NCBI RefSeq assembly: GCF_902652985.1
Contig: NC_047015.1
Location: 41,106,001-41,170,000 of the forward strand
From: Pecten maximus
Lineage: Eukaryota
Direction of reading: 5' to 3'
DNA length: 64,000 nucleotides
The position numbers were made by a program, and so were the translations under genes. How positions within the stretch are numbered: the first letter of the stretch is position 1; the number at the start of each line of letters is the position of its first letter. Shown in pieces: positions 1 through 13,200 of this stretch. The notes beneath the pieces were generated by a model. The model was not told the DNA's origin, ran no database searches, and saw only the letters and a program-made list of their open reading frames with translations.

Positions 1-207
1 CATGAAAACCTGCTGTAGATGTTACCTTCATGGATAATTTTACATCACTACATGCCCAACCGTACCAGGATTTTAAGTGCATGTAGAACTGGAACATGCT
101 ACAGTTGTTGGTTATGGACCAATGGCAGCACTGGCTTGTACATCTTTACCGATGTATCTTGACAGGCACATATAGATCTAGTACTTTTGGTTTAAGCAGT
201 ATACATA

Positions 208-339
208 TGTAACACAGGAGGTGGAGAAAATGTAGCAGTCAGACAGGAGTTCGAACCAGAGACCCTCCGAACTCTAGACGGACGCTCTACCACCGAGTTA
301 CCTAGTCACAGATGATCGACCCAGTCCAGTTCTGCTACA
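208..339 (-). mobile_element. solo LTR of a tRNA-containing TRIM-like retroelement (alternatively a tRNA-SINE head)
   Basis: Minus-strand termini TGTAGCA...TGTTACA; flanks cata/gata (4-bp TSD, 1 mismatch); internal box A TAACTCGGTGG (290-300), box B GGTTCGAACTC (247-257), then TTTT. Confidence 0.6.
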
Positions 340-640
340 GATATACATATACAATGTATGTATATGTAATAACAGGATGGTTGGTACGAGATGTTTTACA
401 ACAGAATTAGATGGACATGAACCAATGAAGTCCTTGTATCAGTTTCATTCTGCTGATATGCAGGTCAAACCAGAGTGTAAATGCTACGCCTTTACTCCAT
501 GGATTATGTTCACTTCTGCATCCTTGGAATAAATCTGACAAAATCGAGGGCATGTAACCAGCTATTTGACTGGTGTTTAGGAAACATGACCAGTAGCTAA
601 GCTGATACAAACCAAACGTTAATCACAATTATACTCCTAA

Positions 641-2040
641 AACAAGAGGCCCAGAGGGCCTGTATCACTCACCTGGTTTCATGAGATATGAAACAAGAAT
701 GATGCTTAAGTATATTTGTCGCTGGTATTGCTATGTCAATATATATCATAAGCATTTTATATGGGTACATGTACATTGGTTTTATTTTAATACTAAAAAT
801 GCCAAAAAGTGCATTAATCCATGAAATGAAATTGACTTTTGGCGCGACCCCATAGGGATGCTACCACACAAATGTGAGTGATATCCATTGCTTAGTTTCA
901 GAGAAGATCTTGTTTAGACTAATTAACCCCTTTTGACCCTGCCCTCTGCCCCCTGGGGGGTCAGCTCCTTCCTTTATACAATTTTGAATCCCTACCCCAA
1001 TAGGATGCTACCAGTCAAACCATTGCTAAGTTTCAGAGAATAAGTTGTTTAAATCAAATTAGCCAAATTGACCCCTTTTGGCCCCACCCCTCAGCCCCTG
1101 GCAGTCCGGGTCAACTCCAACATTTGTACAATTTTGAATCCCCACCCCATAACCATGCTACCATACAACTGTGAGTAATATTCATTGCTTAGGTTCAGAG
1201 AAGAAGTTGTTTAAACAAATTGACCAATTTTGGCCCCGCCCCTCAGGCCCTTGGGGGTCAGCCCCACCATTTGTAAAATTTTGAATCCCCACCCCATAGC
1301 GATGCTACCAGGCAAATATGAGCGATATCCATTACTTAGTTTCAGAGCAGAAGTCGTTTATATCAATTCTGCAAAACTGACCCCTTTTGGCCCCGCCCCT
1401 CAGCCCCCAGGGGGTAGGCCCCGTCATTTGTACAATTTCAAATTCCTACCCCAAGGTGATGCTACCAGTAAAATATGAGAGATATCCATTGTTTGGTTCC
1501 AGAGAAGAAGTCAATTATATGAATATAGCCCGATTGACCACATTTGGCCCCGCCCCTCAGGCCCCTGGGGGGTCAGTCCCATCATTTGTACAATTTTGAA
1601 TCCCCACCCCATAGTGATGCTACCAGGCAAATATGAGCGACAGGCATTGCTTGGTTTCGGAGAAGTCGTTTATATCAATATAGCCAGATTGACCACATTT
1701 GGCCCCGCCCCTCAGGCCCCTGGGTGGTCAGCCCCATCATTTGTACAATTTTGAGTCCCCACCCCATAGTGATGCTACCAGGCAAATATGAGTGATAGCC
1801 ATTGCTTGGTTTCAGAGAAGAAGTCGTTTATATCAATAGCGCCAAAATGACCCATTTTGGCCCCATCATTTGTACAATTCTGAGTCCCCTACTCATAGGG
1901 ATGCTTCTGACCAAATTTGTTCAAATTCCGATCAGTGGTTACGAAGAAGAAGTCAAATAAGTCAATTGTTGACGGACGGACGACGGACGCCACGGTATGG
2001 CATAAGCTCACCTTGGTCCTTCGGACCAGGTGAGCTAAAA
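641..2040 (+). mobile_element. non-autonomous Helentron-associated (HINE-like) element with internal ~157-bp tandem repeats
   Basis: 5' AACAAGAGGCCC..GGGCC plus subterminal CTCACCTGG (668-676); 3' hairpin AGCTCACC-TTGGTCCTTCGGACCA-GGTGAGCT (2005-2036) then an A run; (GACG)n before the hairpin; TTTGGCCCCGCCCCTCAG recurring near 1229, 1386, 1543 and 1698. Confidence 0.8.
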
Positions 2041-2399
2041 ACAAAACAAATCTTCAGGGGTTCCAGATATCATGTACAAAAGCTTGATTTTTTTTTTCAA
2101 TTTCAAAAGTGGTCAAGTGTGACCTTTGACCTTAATCTTAATCAATGACCACTAAAATCTAATCTGAATCAAGTGTCAAATTATATGCTGTTATTGAGTG
2201 GATAGGAACTTACATAATTAACAATCTGTACAGGGGTTCAATAGATATCTTGTACACTACCAAAAATTCAAATGTGGTCAATGTGGTCAAGTGTGACCTA
2301 ATTGACCTCTTAGTTGACCAATGACCACCAAAATTTAACCAGGTGCTGACCTTGGTGGTGTGATGTGATGGTGTGAATATGAACTAAATCTGCCTGGAG

Positions 2400-2675
2400 G
2401 TCAACTCGATTTGAACTCTTCTTGGAAGATCGCATTCCGTTATATGTAAATCAAGTAAACTGGAAGAACATAACCCAAAACAAACAAGTTTTTAAGTTTT
2501 CTCAAACACTGTGACACAAACGTGTGCATGTATGTGTCATAAATCCTTCTCTAGTGAAACTCATCCCTTGCACACTTAACCATGGTTGCCGCCATCTTGG
2601 AAGATAAATCTTCCAGCTTCCAGACGGAAGAGTTAGAAGATCTTCCAGAAGCAGAAGAGCTACAAATCGAGTGAC
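2400..2675. mobile_element. degenerate inverted-repeat (MITE-like) insert
   Basis: CTCGATTTGAACTCTTCTTGGAAGAT (~2405) is an imperfect reverse complement of TCTTCCAGAAGCAGAAGAGCTACAAATCGAG (~2641-2671). Confidence 0.35.
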
Positions 2676-3998
2676 CGGAAGATATATTCTAGATGGAGAA
2701 GAGTGCAAATGGAGTTGGGCTCTGGGATTCATGAGATATATTGTACACTAGCTTATCATGAGTAGATGGACAGACACCTACACATAGTGATTACTACATA
2801 CCCTCTTACTAACACACTAGGGTGTGTGTGTGGAGGGGGGGAGGTATATTAAAACAATTAAGTTTTATATATCTATATAGTCCTTTGAAATATGACAAAA
2901 ACACTCCAAAAATATATTACATTTTATTGGTAGTTTTTTTTCTATAAAAAATACAAAATTTCATATAATGGTAATTCCTTACTTTCTTGCATCACTCGCA
3001 GATAATAAAGAATTTAGACGTTCTACCATAAGAATCTGGTGACACTTATTTAAAATGTGGAATGTTAATATAGATATAACAAGGAAACAGGTAATGATAT
3101 GTATAGGGAGACATGTACAGAAACATGGAGACACATAACCACCTCCATATCTGTACGCAAAAATTCCATTAAAATACAAAAATATGTTCTATATATATAT
3201 CACAACAAAATCGTAAAACCCAGAGTAACGTTTTGGTAATTATAGAAGTCCATTCAACATAGCACTATTTAAATATTCCAAATGAAAATGTAAAGCAAAA
3301 TTCAACGATCTTAAAATTTGTATTTTTACTAGAACAAAGCATTTTCTATTCATAACAAAAGCAATGTGATAAACAGGTAAATATCATGAAATTTGAATAT
3401 AAACTTTAAAAAAAAAACCTTTTTTCAAACTAGCAAATTGGTTTTGTTATTGACGTAAAGCAGAACTATGTTTGTATGATTACATATATATAATTATACC
3501 CCCCTTGTACATCCCATCAGTGACTTTGACACAATCATTCAGTCTCCATACTTCTGATCTCTTTACATAACTCTTTGAAAACAGGAACATTTTTTTCTTA
3601 AAATTTTTTTTAAGTTTAAATTTGAAATGAATGAAAAAGGATTTTCATTACATCTGTAATATGGTAGTTAGAACGAGATCAGAGTAGGCAGAAACAACAC
3701 ATTCACACCAAATATTTCATACACAAATTGTTTTAACCACTCGTCACTCTTTAACTTCTGGAAGTTGAAATTCTTCATTGTATAAAAACATGCATAGATA
3801 GAGACATGAGTGTTATATTCTCCTCCATTTTGTTATCACTGTCACGTGGGAGAACATTCATTGGATGGAAGTCACTGCCGCAGTTACCACCTGTTCGGTG
3901 CTAAATCACTCAATATTAACGATCAAATATTTATAGAAGTCTGAGTATATGGCAAGGCTAGCAAAAACTGTGGCGGCAAATAGTTGTGTACAGTGATA

Positions 3999-4004
3999 TT
4001 TATT
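3999..4004 (-). terminator. candidate proximal polyadenylation signal AATAAA (alternative at 2923-2928)
   Basis: tttatt on + strand ~160 nt after the stop. The hexamer is common in AT-rich DNA, so this is weak. Confidence 0.25.
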
Positions 4005-4161
4005 TTTCAGATGAAATTGCTATCTCATTCCATGGAACTCTTTTGCGTTGAAAAGTCTTTGTTTTACAGCGCGGTTTTGCCTTTAAATGTTCTAGTTTGG
4101 CAGGATAGTTATTGAACACCTTCTGATGAACTTTTCTTGAATGAGGATTGTGTGTGTGGAT

Positions 4162-4219
4162 TTACAACATAGTGGTGCCCTCGGCAACTCCTATTCCATG
4201 CTGGGTGGTTCCATCATCA
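4162..4219 (-). CDS. cadherin terminal coding exon 85
   Basis: phase 2; DDGTTQHGIGVAEGTTML-TAA; class I PDZ ligand. Confidence 0.82.
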
Positions 4220-7200
4220 CTGAAACAGAAGACGACTTAAATTAAAAAATTGCATACAGTAGGGCACTAAATGTTTTTGAGGTCAAAATACTAGTGTCTG
4301 TTTACATCAGAATTCATGTAAACAAACTATTACAAAATAAAGCATGTTAAGAATCTAGCAATTTCAAACTCATAAAAAGTATCAATCTTGATAAACGTGA
4401 AAACAAACTCTATCAAGTTTACACATAAAATATAGTGTAAATTAAATTTGATGCAAATACATAGTGTTAAGATACAAAGACAACTAAAGGAACAAACCGA
4501 GACCTGAGAATGTAATGCAAATATCCAATATGCAAATAAGTGTATACCTTTGTACAATGTATAAGTAAACTCCATAATCACACATCTGTTAAGTTTTTGA
4601 CTGGAGCCTCCAGAGTCAGATTATTTCACTCAATTTAACATTCTGCAGTGCAAACTGAATATTTTTGAAAATCAATTATTTTTAATGAATATGTCACCAC
4701 TTGACAGGTTTGGAATTTTCTCTCATGAAATATCATGAATTAAATAAAATACTTACTGCACAAATATGGGGTTGACAGCTGCTGGTGATCTAATTTGGTC
4801 ATCGTCGTGAGGTTCGATGTTCACTTCCTCTCCGAGATTAAGATTGACAATATCCATATTATGTATAGCCTCATCGGGAGGCACATACATATTCAGACTC
4901 TGAAAGTCAGAAATGGTATTTAGTCAAAATTCATTCACCAATTAACTAATGATTTGAAAGAAAATTAGATATGTTTTTTTTCATAATTTGTATATAATGT
5001 TTGTTACAGATGCATAAATTTTTTTTTCAGTAATGATGTCTTTTTTTCTTTTTTAAATATGTGCATAATATACCTGTGTCTCATACTCCCGCAGGAAACT
5101 TGGAGGCTCCATGAAGTCAGGCTGGTCATAGCTAGCCTGGTAGATACGATACTGGTTGATGTACTTGGTGTATCTAAGGAAATGAAACGATGAAAATCAG
5201 GCATGAGTTAATAAGTCGTCTTTCAGTTAAACACATTATGATCAATGTTAAGAAGAATAAAATCCATTCAGCACACATAAACATCTACTTAACACATATT
5301 TGAGGTTTAGAAGTGTATACCCCACACAACCTTGAGGTCAATAACTGTTTACCACGCTAAACCACGAGGTCCATAACTGTTTACCCCACTCAACCATGAG
5401 GTTGATAGCTGTACACCCCATTCAACTGTCATGTCAATAACTGTTTTTACCCCACTCAACCGTCAGGTCAATAACTGTTTACCCCACTCAACCACGAGGT
5501 CAATAACTGTTTACCCCACTCAACCACAGGTTAATAACTGTTTACCCCACTCAACCATGAGGTCAATAACTGTTTACCCCACTCAACCACGAGGTCAATA
5601 ACTGTTTACCCCACTCAACCACAAGGTCAATAACTGTTTACCCCACTCAACCACAAGGTCAATAACTGTTTACCCCACTCAACCACGAGGTCAATAACTG
5701 TTTACCCCTCTAAACCACCAGGTTAATAACTGTTTACCCCACTCAACCACGAGGTCAATAACTGTTTACCCCACTCAAACACGAGGTCAATAACTGTTTA
5801 CCCCTCTAAACATTCAACAATGTGGTCAGAAACTGTGTAACTCAACCATGAGGTTAATAATTGTATAACTCACTCGGCCATGAGGTTAACAATTTATACC
5901 CCACTCAACCATGAGGTCAATAACTGTTTACCCCACTCAACCATGAGGTTAATAACTGTTTACCCCACTCAAACATGAGGTCAATAACTGTTTACCCCAC
6001 TCAAACATGAGGTTAATAACGATACCCTACTCAACCACGAAGTCAATAACTGTATATCCCACTCAAACATGAGGTTAATACCTCACTCAACAATCATTAA
6101 CCTCAAATCTGAGGTCTGAGCATATCCTACTTAAGCCACATCAAACAAGGAATAATTAAAGTTATCCTACAATATCCGGTATAACCGTATAAAGGTAACT
6201 TAAGGTATAAAGAATTACCTTTAATAAGGAGACAAAGCTTTATTTATTGTAATGTGCCCTACCTGGAATGTGTGAACACTAGGACAATGATTCCAACGAT
6301 ACATAGTAGGATAATGATGGCTGCCAGGGCGACAAGTGCTGCCCATGGGTCGTCGATCCACCAAACGTAAGACTTAGTGAGACGAGTCTGGTACACATTG
6401 GCGTTAGCGTATGGCAGACGTATTTTCTCTACACTAAGTGATGTGTCAGCCTGTAGCCGGTTATTGAGGTTTGTAGTTTTATCAGCAGTAAACACTCTGA
6501 AAAGGAAAGTAAATTTAAGGTCATTTTTCCCTTTAAAATTATAGACGGGTGAAAATCTTAAGGATTGTTTGTGATAGTTATAGATACAAGAGTGTACTTT
6601 CAAGCTACATTAAGTGACAATTGTGATTGAGAAGAAATAAATATAAATAATCAGATTGTATGTATTTTTATTGTTTCAACTTTAAAAATCAATTGACCAT
6701 CTTATTGAAGACTTTAAAAACTCTGTATAAATTATATCTTAATCTGTTCAAGAAGGATGACAATACTGATAGGAGATATACATAAATGTTTTTGTATATT
6801 AATATTACATTGTTTGGAGATAAACACAAATGTTTTTGTATAATAATATTACATTACTTGAATGTACAAGTATTTGCGTACAGTATAACACTTGGAGGGA
6901 GGGAAGGAGGGATGGAGGGAAGGAGGGATGGAGGGCTGGAGGGAAGGAGAGAAAGAGGGAAGGAGGGATGGAGGGAAGGAGAGAAAGAGGGAAGGAGGGA
7001 GGTCAGTGTTTAGTATGAAAACCTACTCTGGCATCCTTGTGTTGTTGATCAGATTGTATGGTGTCCTCGGCTCTCCTAATACAAATATTACGTCGGTACT
7101 GTTAAATATAAAAAAAAAAATCAAAATTAGACCAGCAAAAAATATACATAAATACATCTTATATCAAGTGGAGAAGAGAACAAAAAAGTTTCACCTAGAC

Positions 7201-10200
7201 ATTGGACTGGAGGTGTAAACATATGGAGGATCACCTCCAGTTACCAGAGTTTATTTCCTTACAACACACTTGAGCATGCCCACTGAGACACAGATATTAA
7301 CTACAAGTAAATAGAATTTGTGTCAAATGGTTTTAAAATGAAGAAAATACTTTTGATAAGCAATGATATTCAATATCAAGTTTTTAGATGCAAGTTTAGC
7401 ACACTACGACAAGAACCCTTAAAATTGCTCTAAATTAGAAAATATTATCAGTTATACTCACCCTGCATCATCGATGCTGAGATCGTCAATTGCATCAAGG
7501 TTTCTACGACGTTCAATTCTTTCTATGATACACACTTTCTGGAATTCATCTTGAATAGCTCTGAAAACGAAATATACCATCAAATACCACACTTTATAAT
7601 ACAAAATCTTTGGTTTTTAATCCAAGCATAAAGATTAGCATGTTTTCAGTTGTGCCAGAATTCTTTGTAGTTCAGAATTTGCTTTTAAAACATCTTTTTC
7701 ACAAATTTATAATTGGAAAAACCCACTACACCCATAAATTATTGGCTTCTAATATAATTGTTACAAAAACAAAAAACAAATTTGGACACAAACCTGCGAA
7801 TCACTGCCTTTTTAGCTGCTGCATCTTCTGGGATCATGTTGTAAAGTACTAGTACAAAACGGTTGTAGTGGTAGATGATGTTAATCTGTCAAAACAAATA
7901 CATATTCTTACTTAATAAATGTAGAACCAAATACATGATATAAAACATAGACATACAACCTTTCACTGTGATTTTACCTTCGGTTTTCTACTCATGAACT
8001 TTGTGTAAATTATAAATGTGACATTGCCGTTTACAGCACATTGATGGACAAATATTGTACACGTCTCGGTTCATTGTCGTGGTTCATTGTCATGGTTCAT
8101 TGTCGTGGTTATCCGTAACAAATTGATATTGCTCTAAAATATGAGAACAAAATTTAAATATATATATATATACACACTTACAGTAATCAAGTCTGAATCG
8201 GATATAAAACTTCATACAATATATATATAACTAAATCTGTATATAACCAAGCACCTACCATCTGTATATTTCTATACTCAGACACCTACAATCTGTATAT
8301 TATATATTATACATGTATGTTATATTCATGTATACTCCTCCGACACTTACATAGGCTGTCGACTGAGTGACCTTTCGTTCATCAATTCTTGGGGCCATGT
8401 CTGTTGCCAGTATTGGAATTTTGTAAGTTTTTGCAGCCAGTGTTTCAGCGGAGAACTCTGTACTGGTTGTAAATGTTCCATCCACAGTATTCAGAAGGAA
8501 TGGCGGGTTTAGTGGCTCGGATGTCCGTTCATCCATAGAGTATCTTACAAGTCCCAAAAGTTCTGAATCTTCATCAGTTGCCTACAGGTTGAAGAAAATT
8601 CCAATAATTTAACAAAGAATTGATAATGCCTCTGTGAACCATACACAGATGTAAATCCTATTACAGAACATGTAGTAGTACTTCTTCAAATTTAAAAGTG
8701 AAAAAAAATGACAATACAATGTACACAAACACTTAAATTGCATTGATCCCAAGGTATTCACCTTTTGAGGATTAAAAACAGCTAGCATAAGGATAGAAGA
8801 TTGTTATATAGCTATGAACTTACATGAACTCTCATAACAGAAGCATCTGCGCGGACGTTGTAAGAAATGGCACCAAAGTATCGGTTTTCTGTGCCCAGAC
8901 TGTTACTTTGAAGTGGATAAATGTGTGGTTCATCGTACTGGAAGATGGGAGAGTTGTCGTTGACGTCCAGCACATCAATGATTACTGAAGCTATTGGGTG
9001 GGTGTTTTGAACTGGAAAAGAAGATTAACAATGAATGAATATTAATGGTTACATATGAATATTAATGGTTATATATGAATAATTATCGTTATATATGAAT
9101 ATTGATTAATTAATGAATATCAATGAGAATTAATGAATACAGGGAGGAAAACCATAAACACTATACACATTCTTTTGACTTGTTGAAATATTTTAAGTGC
9201 TCACAATTTTAAATTCTGCAATTTCTGGAAGATTATTAATTTGTTAGTGACAATGGCATTTGTTTATAAAAATAAACTTGAAGGAGTTTCTGGGAAGGTC
9301 AAGGAAGTGACCTATTTTCTAATATATTCCAAAAATTCATAAATGTACCATAGCAATACATTCTATGAATTACCTCTTCCAAAAAAAAATATTTTTGGTG
9401 AAAATATGCTCCCAATTTAACAAAATTTCTACAAAAACATGATGTTGCATTTTGAGAAATTGTAGATCATCAATAAAAAAATAACGACAAAATACAAAAA
9501 CAAAAAAGATATGACCTTATGAAAGTGAACTCAATTACATTTTCCTGATCGTTATTGTTATCTAATTTGCCAATAATTTCATCCCAACAGGTACGAATGC
9601 TTAACTTCAATTGAAATTACTATGGTCTAAATCATCATCTAGAAATAAACGTTTCTGTAATTACCATGTTTTCAGTAACTACTTCATCTTCACAGTAGCA
9701 TCCTTAACAGAATGCAACAACATCCTGGCCATTTATTTCATAATACTCAAAATAAACTATATATTCCAAATATTTGTCAGTAAGTAAGCAAATGCATTTT
9801 AAATAAGTTTAAATCATAGGAAAACTGTTATAAAGGAAAAACTTACTGAAGATCTGTCTCTTTTTACGACCGACAGCACCCTCGGCCACTTGTACTGTTA
9901 CATTATAATGCTTAGTAACTTCGTAGTCGAAGCCTGGTTCAATAAGCTTGAGTCCGCAGTTCTTCTGGAACTGGTCTGGGGCGATGGAGAAAGGAAGGCC
10001 TGTGAGATCGCCTAGTATGTTACACTGAGCTGTCTGTGAGGCTTGGTACTCTACGTCCATCAACAAGATCACCTGGTCAACATCTATGTTCTCCCTAAGT
10101 TGCAGACTGGAAAAAATATATACGTTCATGAAGGACTTCTTAACATTTCTCAATTTTCACAGTGAATGAAACCATAAAGAGACTCAAATCATAATTTTAT

Positions 10201-13200
10201 TCTGTCTTTTAATTAAAATCATTTAGTCTTACCAATTGCTATAGATATTAACACACAACATTTACAACTTTTTTATATTGAATATGGTTTAGTGTCTCAT
10301 AAGCCACCTGCTGGTATGGCTGTGAATTTTAAAATGTTTGTACAAAATGTAATAACTTGTAAAAACTGAAATAAAATATCTTTTTCCGTTTTTTACCAGT
10401 GAAATATATATATATATAACTTAATTCTATAAAGTGAACTTATTTCTGATGTTTTACACTAGTGAAAAATATCACTTTCTGATTTGACCAATTAAAAGAC
10501 TGCTTACAAACAACAATGGGGAAACTTAAAAGCTGACCTGGTATGTTTTGCTATAAAAATGTAATAAACAGAATATCTAACAGTATCTTCATTAATACCA
10601 AATATACTTCACTAGTGTGGCTAATATTTTGATATTTTTCACTGGTGTTGTGCACATATGAAATATGTTTGGTATAACTGAAGACACTGTTAGATGTCCT
10701 CTATATATTCATTGATAGAATCGTTGATCTAATTACTTACTAGTATACTGGTTGTTTGAAGCCAATCCTGCCATCAGCTCTGTCCTGGTATGTGATGTTG
10801 ATGACAATGTTGGCACTGGGATCGCTACACTTGGGTTTCCAGCTTTCATCACAAGCCTGAATCTGGACCTATAGAACACAGGTAAAATACAGGTAAACAA
10901 CCAGTAAACAGGTAAACAGGTAAATACAGGTAAACAAACAGTAAACAGGTAAACAAGTGGTAAACATCGGTACACACTTAGTAAACAACAAGCTTGGAAA
11001 ATACACAGGAAAAGGACAAAACTATTAATTATCAGTTGATAGTGAGGATATGATGGTGTCAATATTTTTGCCGGAAACTTTGACTAGACTTACTAGAATT
11101 GCTATCATGACTCACCGTGATTGGACTGATGTTATTTGGAATGTAAAGGGACTGTTTTATGTACACCTCTCCATTGTCCGATACACCCACATATCGCGCG
11201 AAGGAGGCAGCATTTCCTAATACACTGTATGTAAACTGGGCATTTTTCGTCTGTAAAACAAAACAAACATTTCATGATATCAATCCACTCCTAAATAAGG
11301 ATAGATAGATATATCAAACTGATTAAGGTAGATAACTTCATATATAAAAAAAAACAAAGGAAGATAACGCTCTATATTAAACAAAGGCAGATAACTCCAT
11401 AAAGACAAAGGTAGATTACTCCATATAATAAACAAAGATAGATAACTCCACTGTTTGATTTAATGTATATAACTCAGTAACACACAGATGAAGATTGACT
11501 TTCTCAATTAAACATGAAACATACTACAGTTTTGTCGTAACATACAAAATCTGAAAATATGAGAAATAATGACGAAGGAAACGAAATTTAACAATAAATT
11601 TTTATAAAATGATTACTTACACCAGCGCTGAGAGGTACTTGAGAATCAGCATCAGTTGCAGTTACTGTGATCAGAGGTGTGCCAGCCCTGTCCGTATCTG
11701 TTGCACTCACTTGGTACACATTCGAGGAAAATTCTGGTGCATACGTGTTACGGACAATACTGACGGTGACAGTGGTTGAGGCAGACTTAGGGTTGTTAGA
11801 GGTATCCGAGGCCACTACTGTCAACTGCAATGTACAAGGATAGTCACGATTTGTAAATTACATTGTGGGAAGTTACAGTACATCAGTCCAAACAAACTTA
11901 CAATCGCCTAGCTTGATCATGACTTGATACGCATGGCTGAATATTTAATAAACTATTGATGGGAATTCAATAAATCAAAAAAAATCATTTTATCACCTTG
12001 CATAACAAGATAGTAATGTGTTTACAATTGACTATTGTCTGTTGATGCTTGGAACAAAAAAAACAAGTGGCCATTATAGGCAGGTGGCCTGATGTTTGGA
12101 ACAAAAACAAGTGGCCTTTATAGGCAGGTGGCCTGATGTTTGGAACAAAAACAAGGCCATTATAGGCAGGTGGCCTGATGTTTGGAACAAAAACAAGGCC
12201 ATTATATGCAGGTGGCCTGATGCATGGAACGAAAACAAGTATATATATAGAGATGGTCTTTGGAGGCAGGTTTGACTATCAAATTTAATACTTACAATGT
12301 ACTCATTGTCAGCTAAATCAGTTGTCAGTGGTTGTGCCAGTAGGATGATTCCAGTCGTCCTGGTGATGGTGAAGTATGAGTTGACAGTCTCTATACCGTA
12401 TCGTAGGATACCACTGGTACTGTTTATGTTGTCGTTGTCTGTGGCTGTGACCTGAATAACATCCGTGTCAATATCATGGTATTCCGATATTGATACACTG
12501 TGTGACTGTTGTCCAAATACAGGTGGGTTGGCATTCCTGTTTATATTGATAGTCACGGTGGCAGTTCCAGCTAAAGGTGAAGCACTTTGGTCTGTGGCAA
12601 GGACATTTATCTGGTAATTAAAACAAAACATTATCATTTTCATGCATTGTGTTCATATTCAAATCAACAATACCATATACGACAATCCCTGGACACAGAG
12701 TAAGATATTTGTCAGTCTTTTTATCAAATAGATGATTTCTTTTAAACTTTTCGTTTTGATGAAATTCATGAAATATGAATGAGTGGGCTTATTAGCAGGC
12801 ATGGACATATTGACGAAGAAATCGACCAATCAACAGTGAAGTGACATCATCACAATAAACAGAATCAGTTACAAAATTTTGACAGTATGCATAGTAAATA
12901 TCACACTTAGTAAACCTTACAACAATTACAGAACAAGTTATATCAAAATATGTCTCGTTAGCCAAAGAGTGCAAGGGGTCTCTTACTATGTGAGCAGCCC
13001 CTTGAGAAAACCCATGTGGTCGACCAGATGACTACACGGATCGCGAAATCAGATCCTGAACCACCTACGTGAAAGGTGAGTGTGTTAATACTGTGCCAAC
13101 CGACCAGTCATATGACATACTTATGGCCATACTTACAATGTATCTTTCCACTTGCTCGCGGTAAAGTATGCGGGAAGTAGTTATAACACCAGTTGTGGGA

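Noticed and set aside
236-307. Functional tRNA-Ser(AGA) gene
   Set aside because: No long variable arm, mismatched stems, and it is embedded in TG...CA termini with a TSD.
1230-2148. ORFs inside the 641-2040 element as a transposase
   Set aside because: Short translations of internal tandem repeats with no Rep/helicase or DDE motifs.
6786-7218. Gly/Glu/Arg-rich plus-strand ORFs
   Set aside because: They are translations of a GGAG low-complexity intronic tract.
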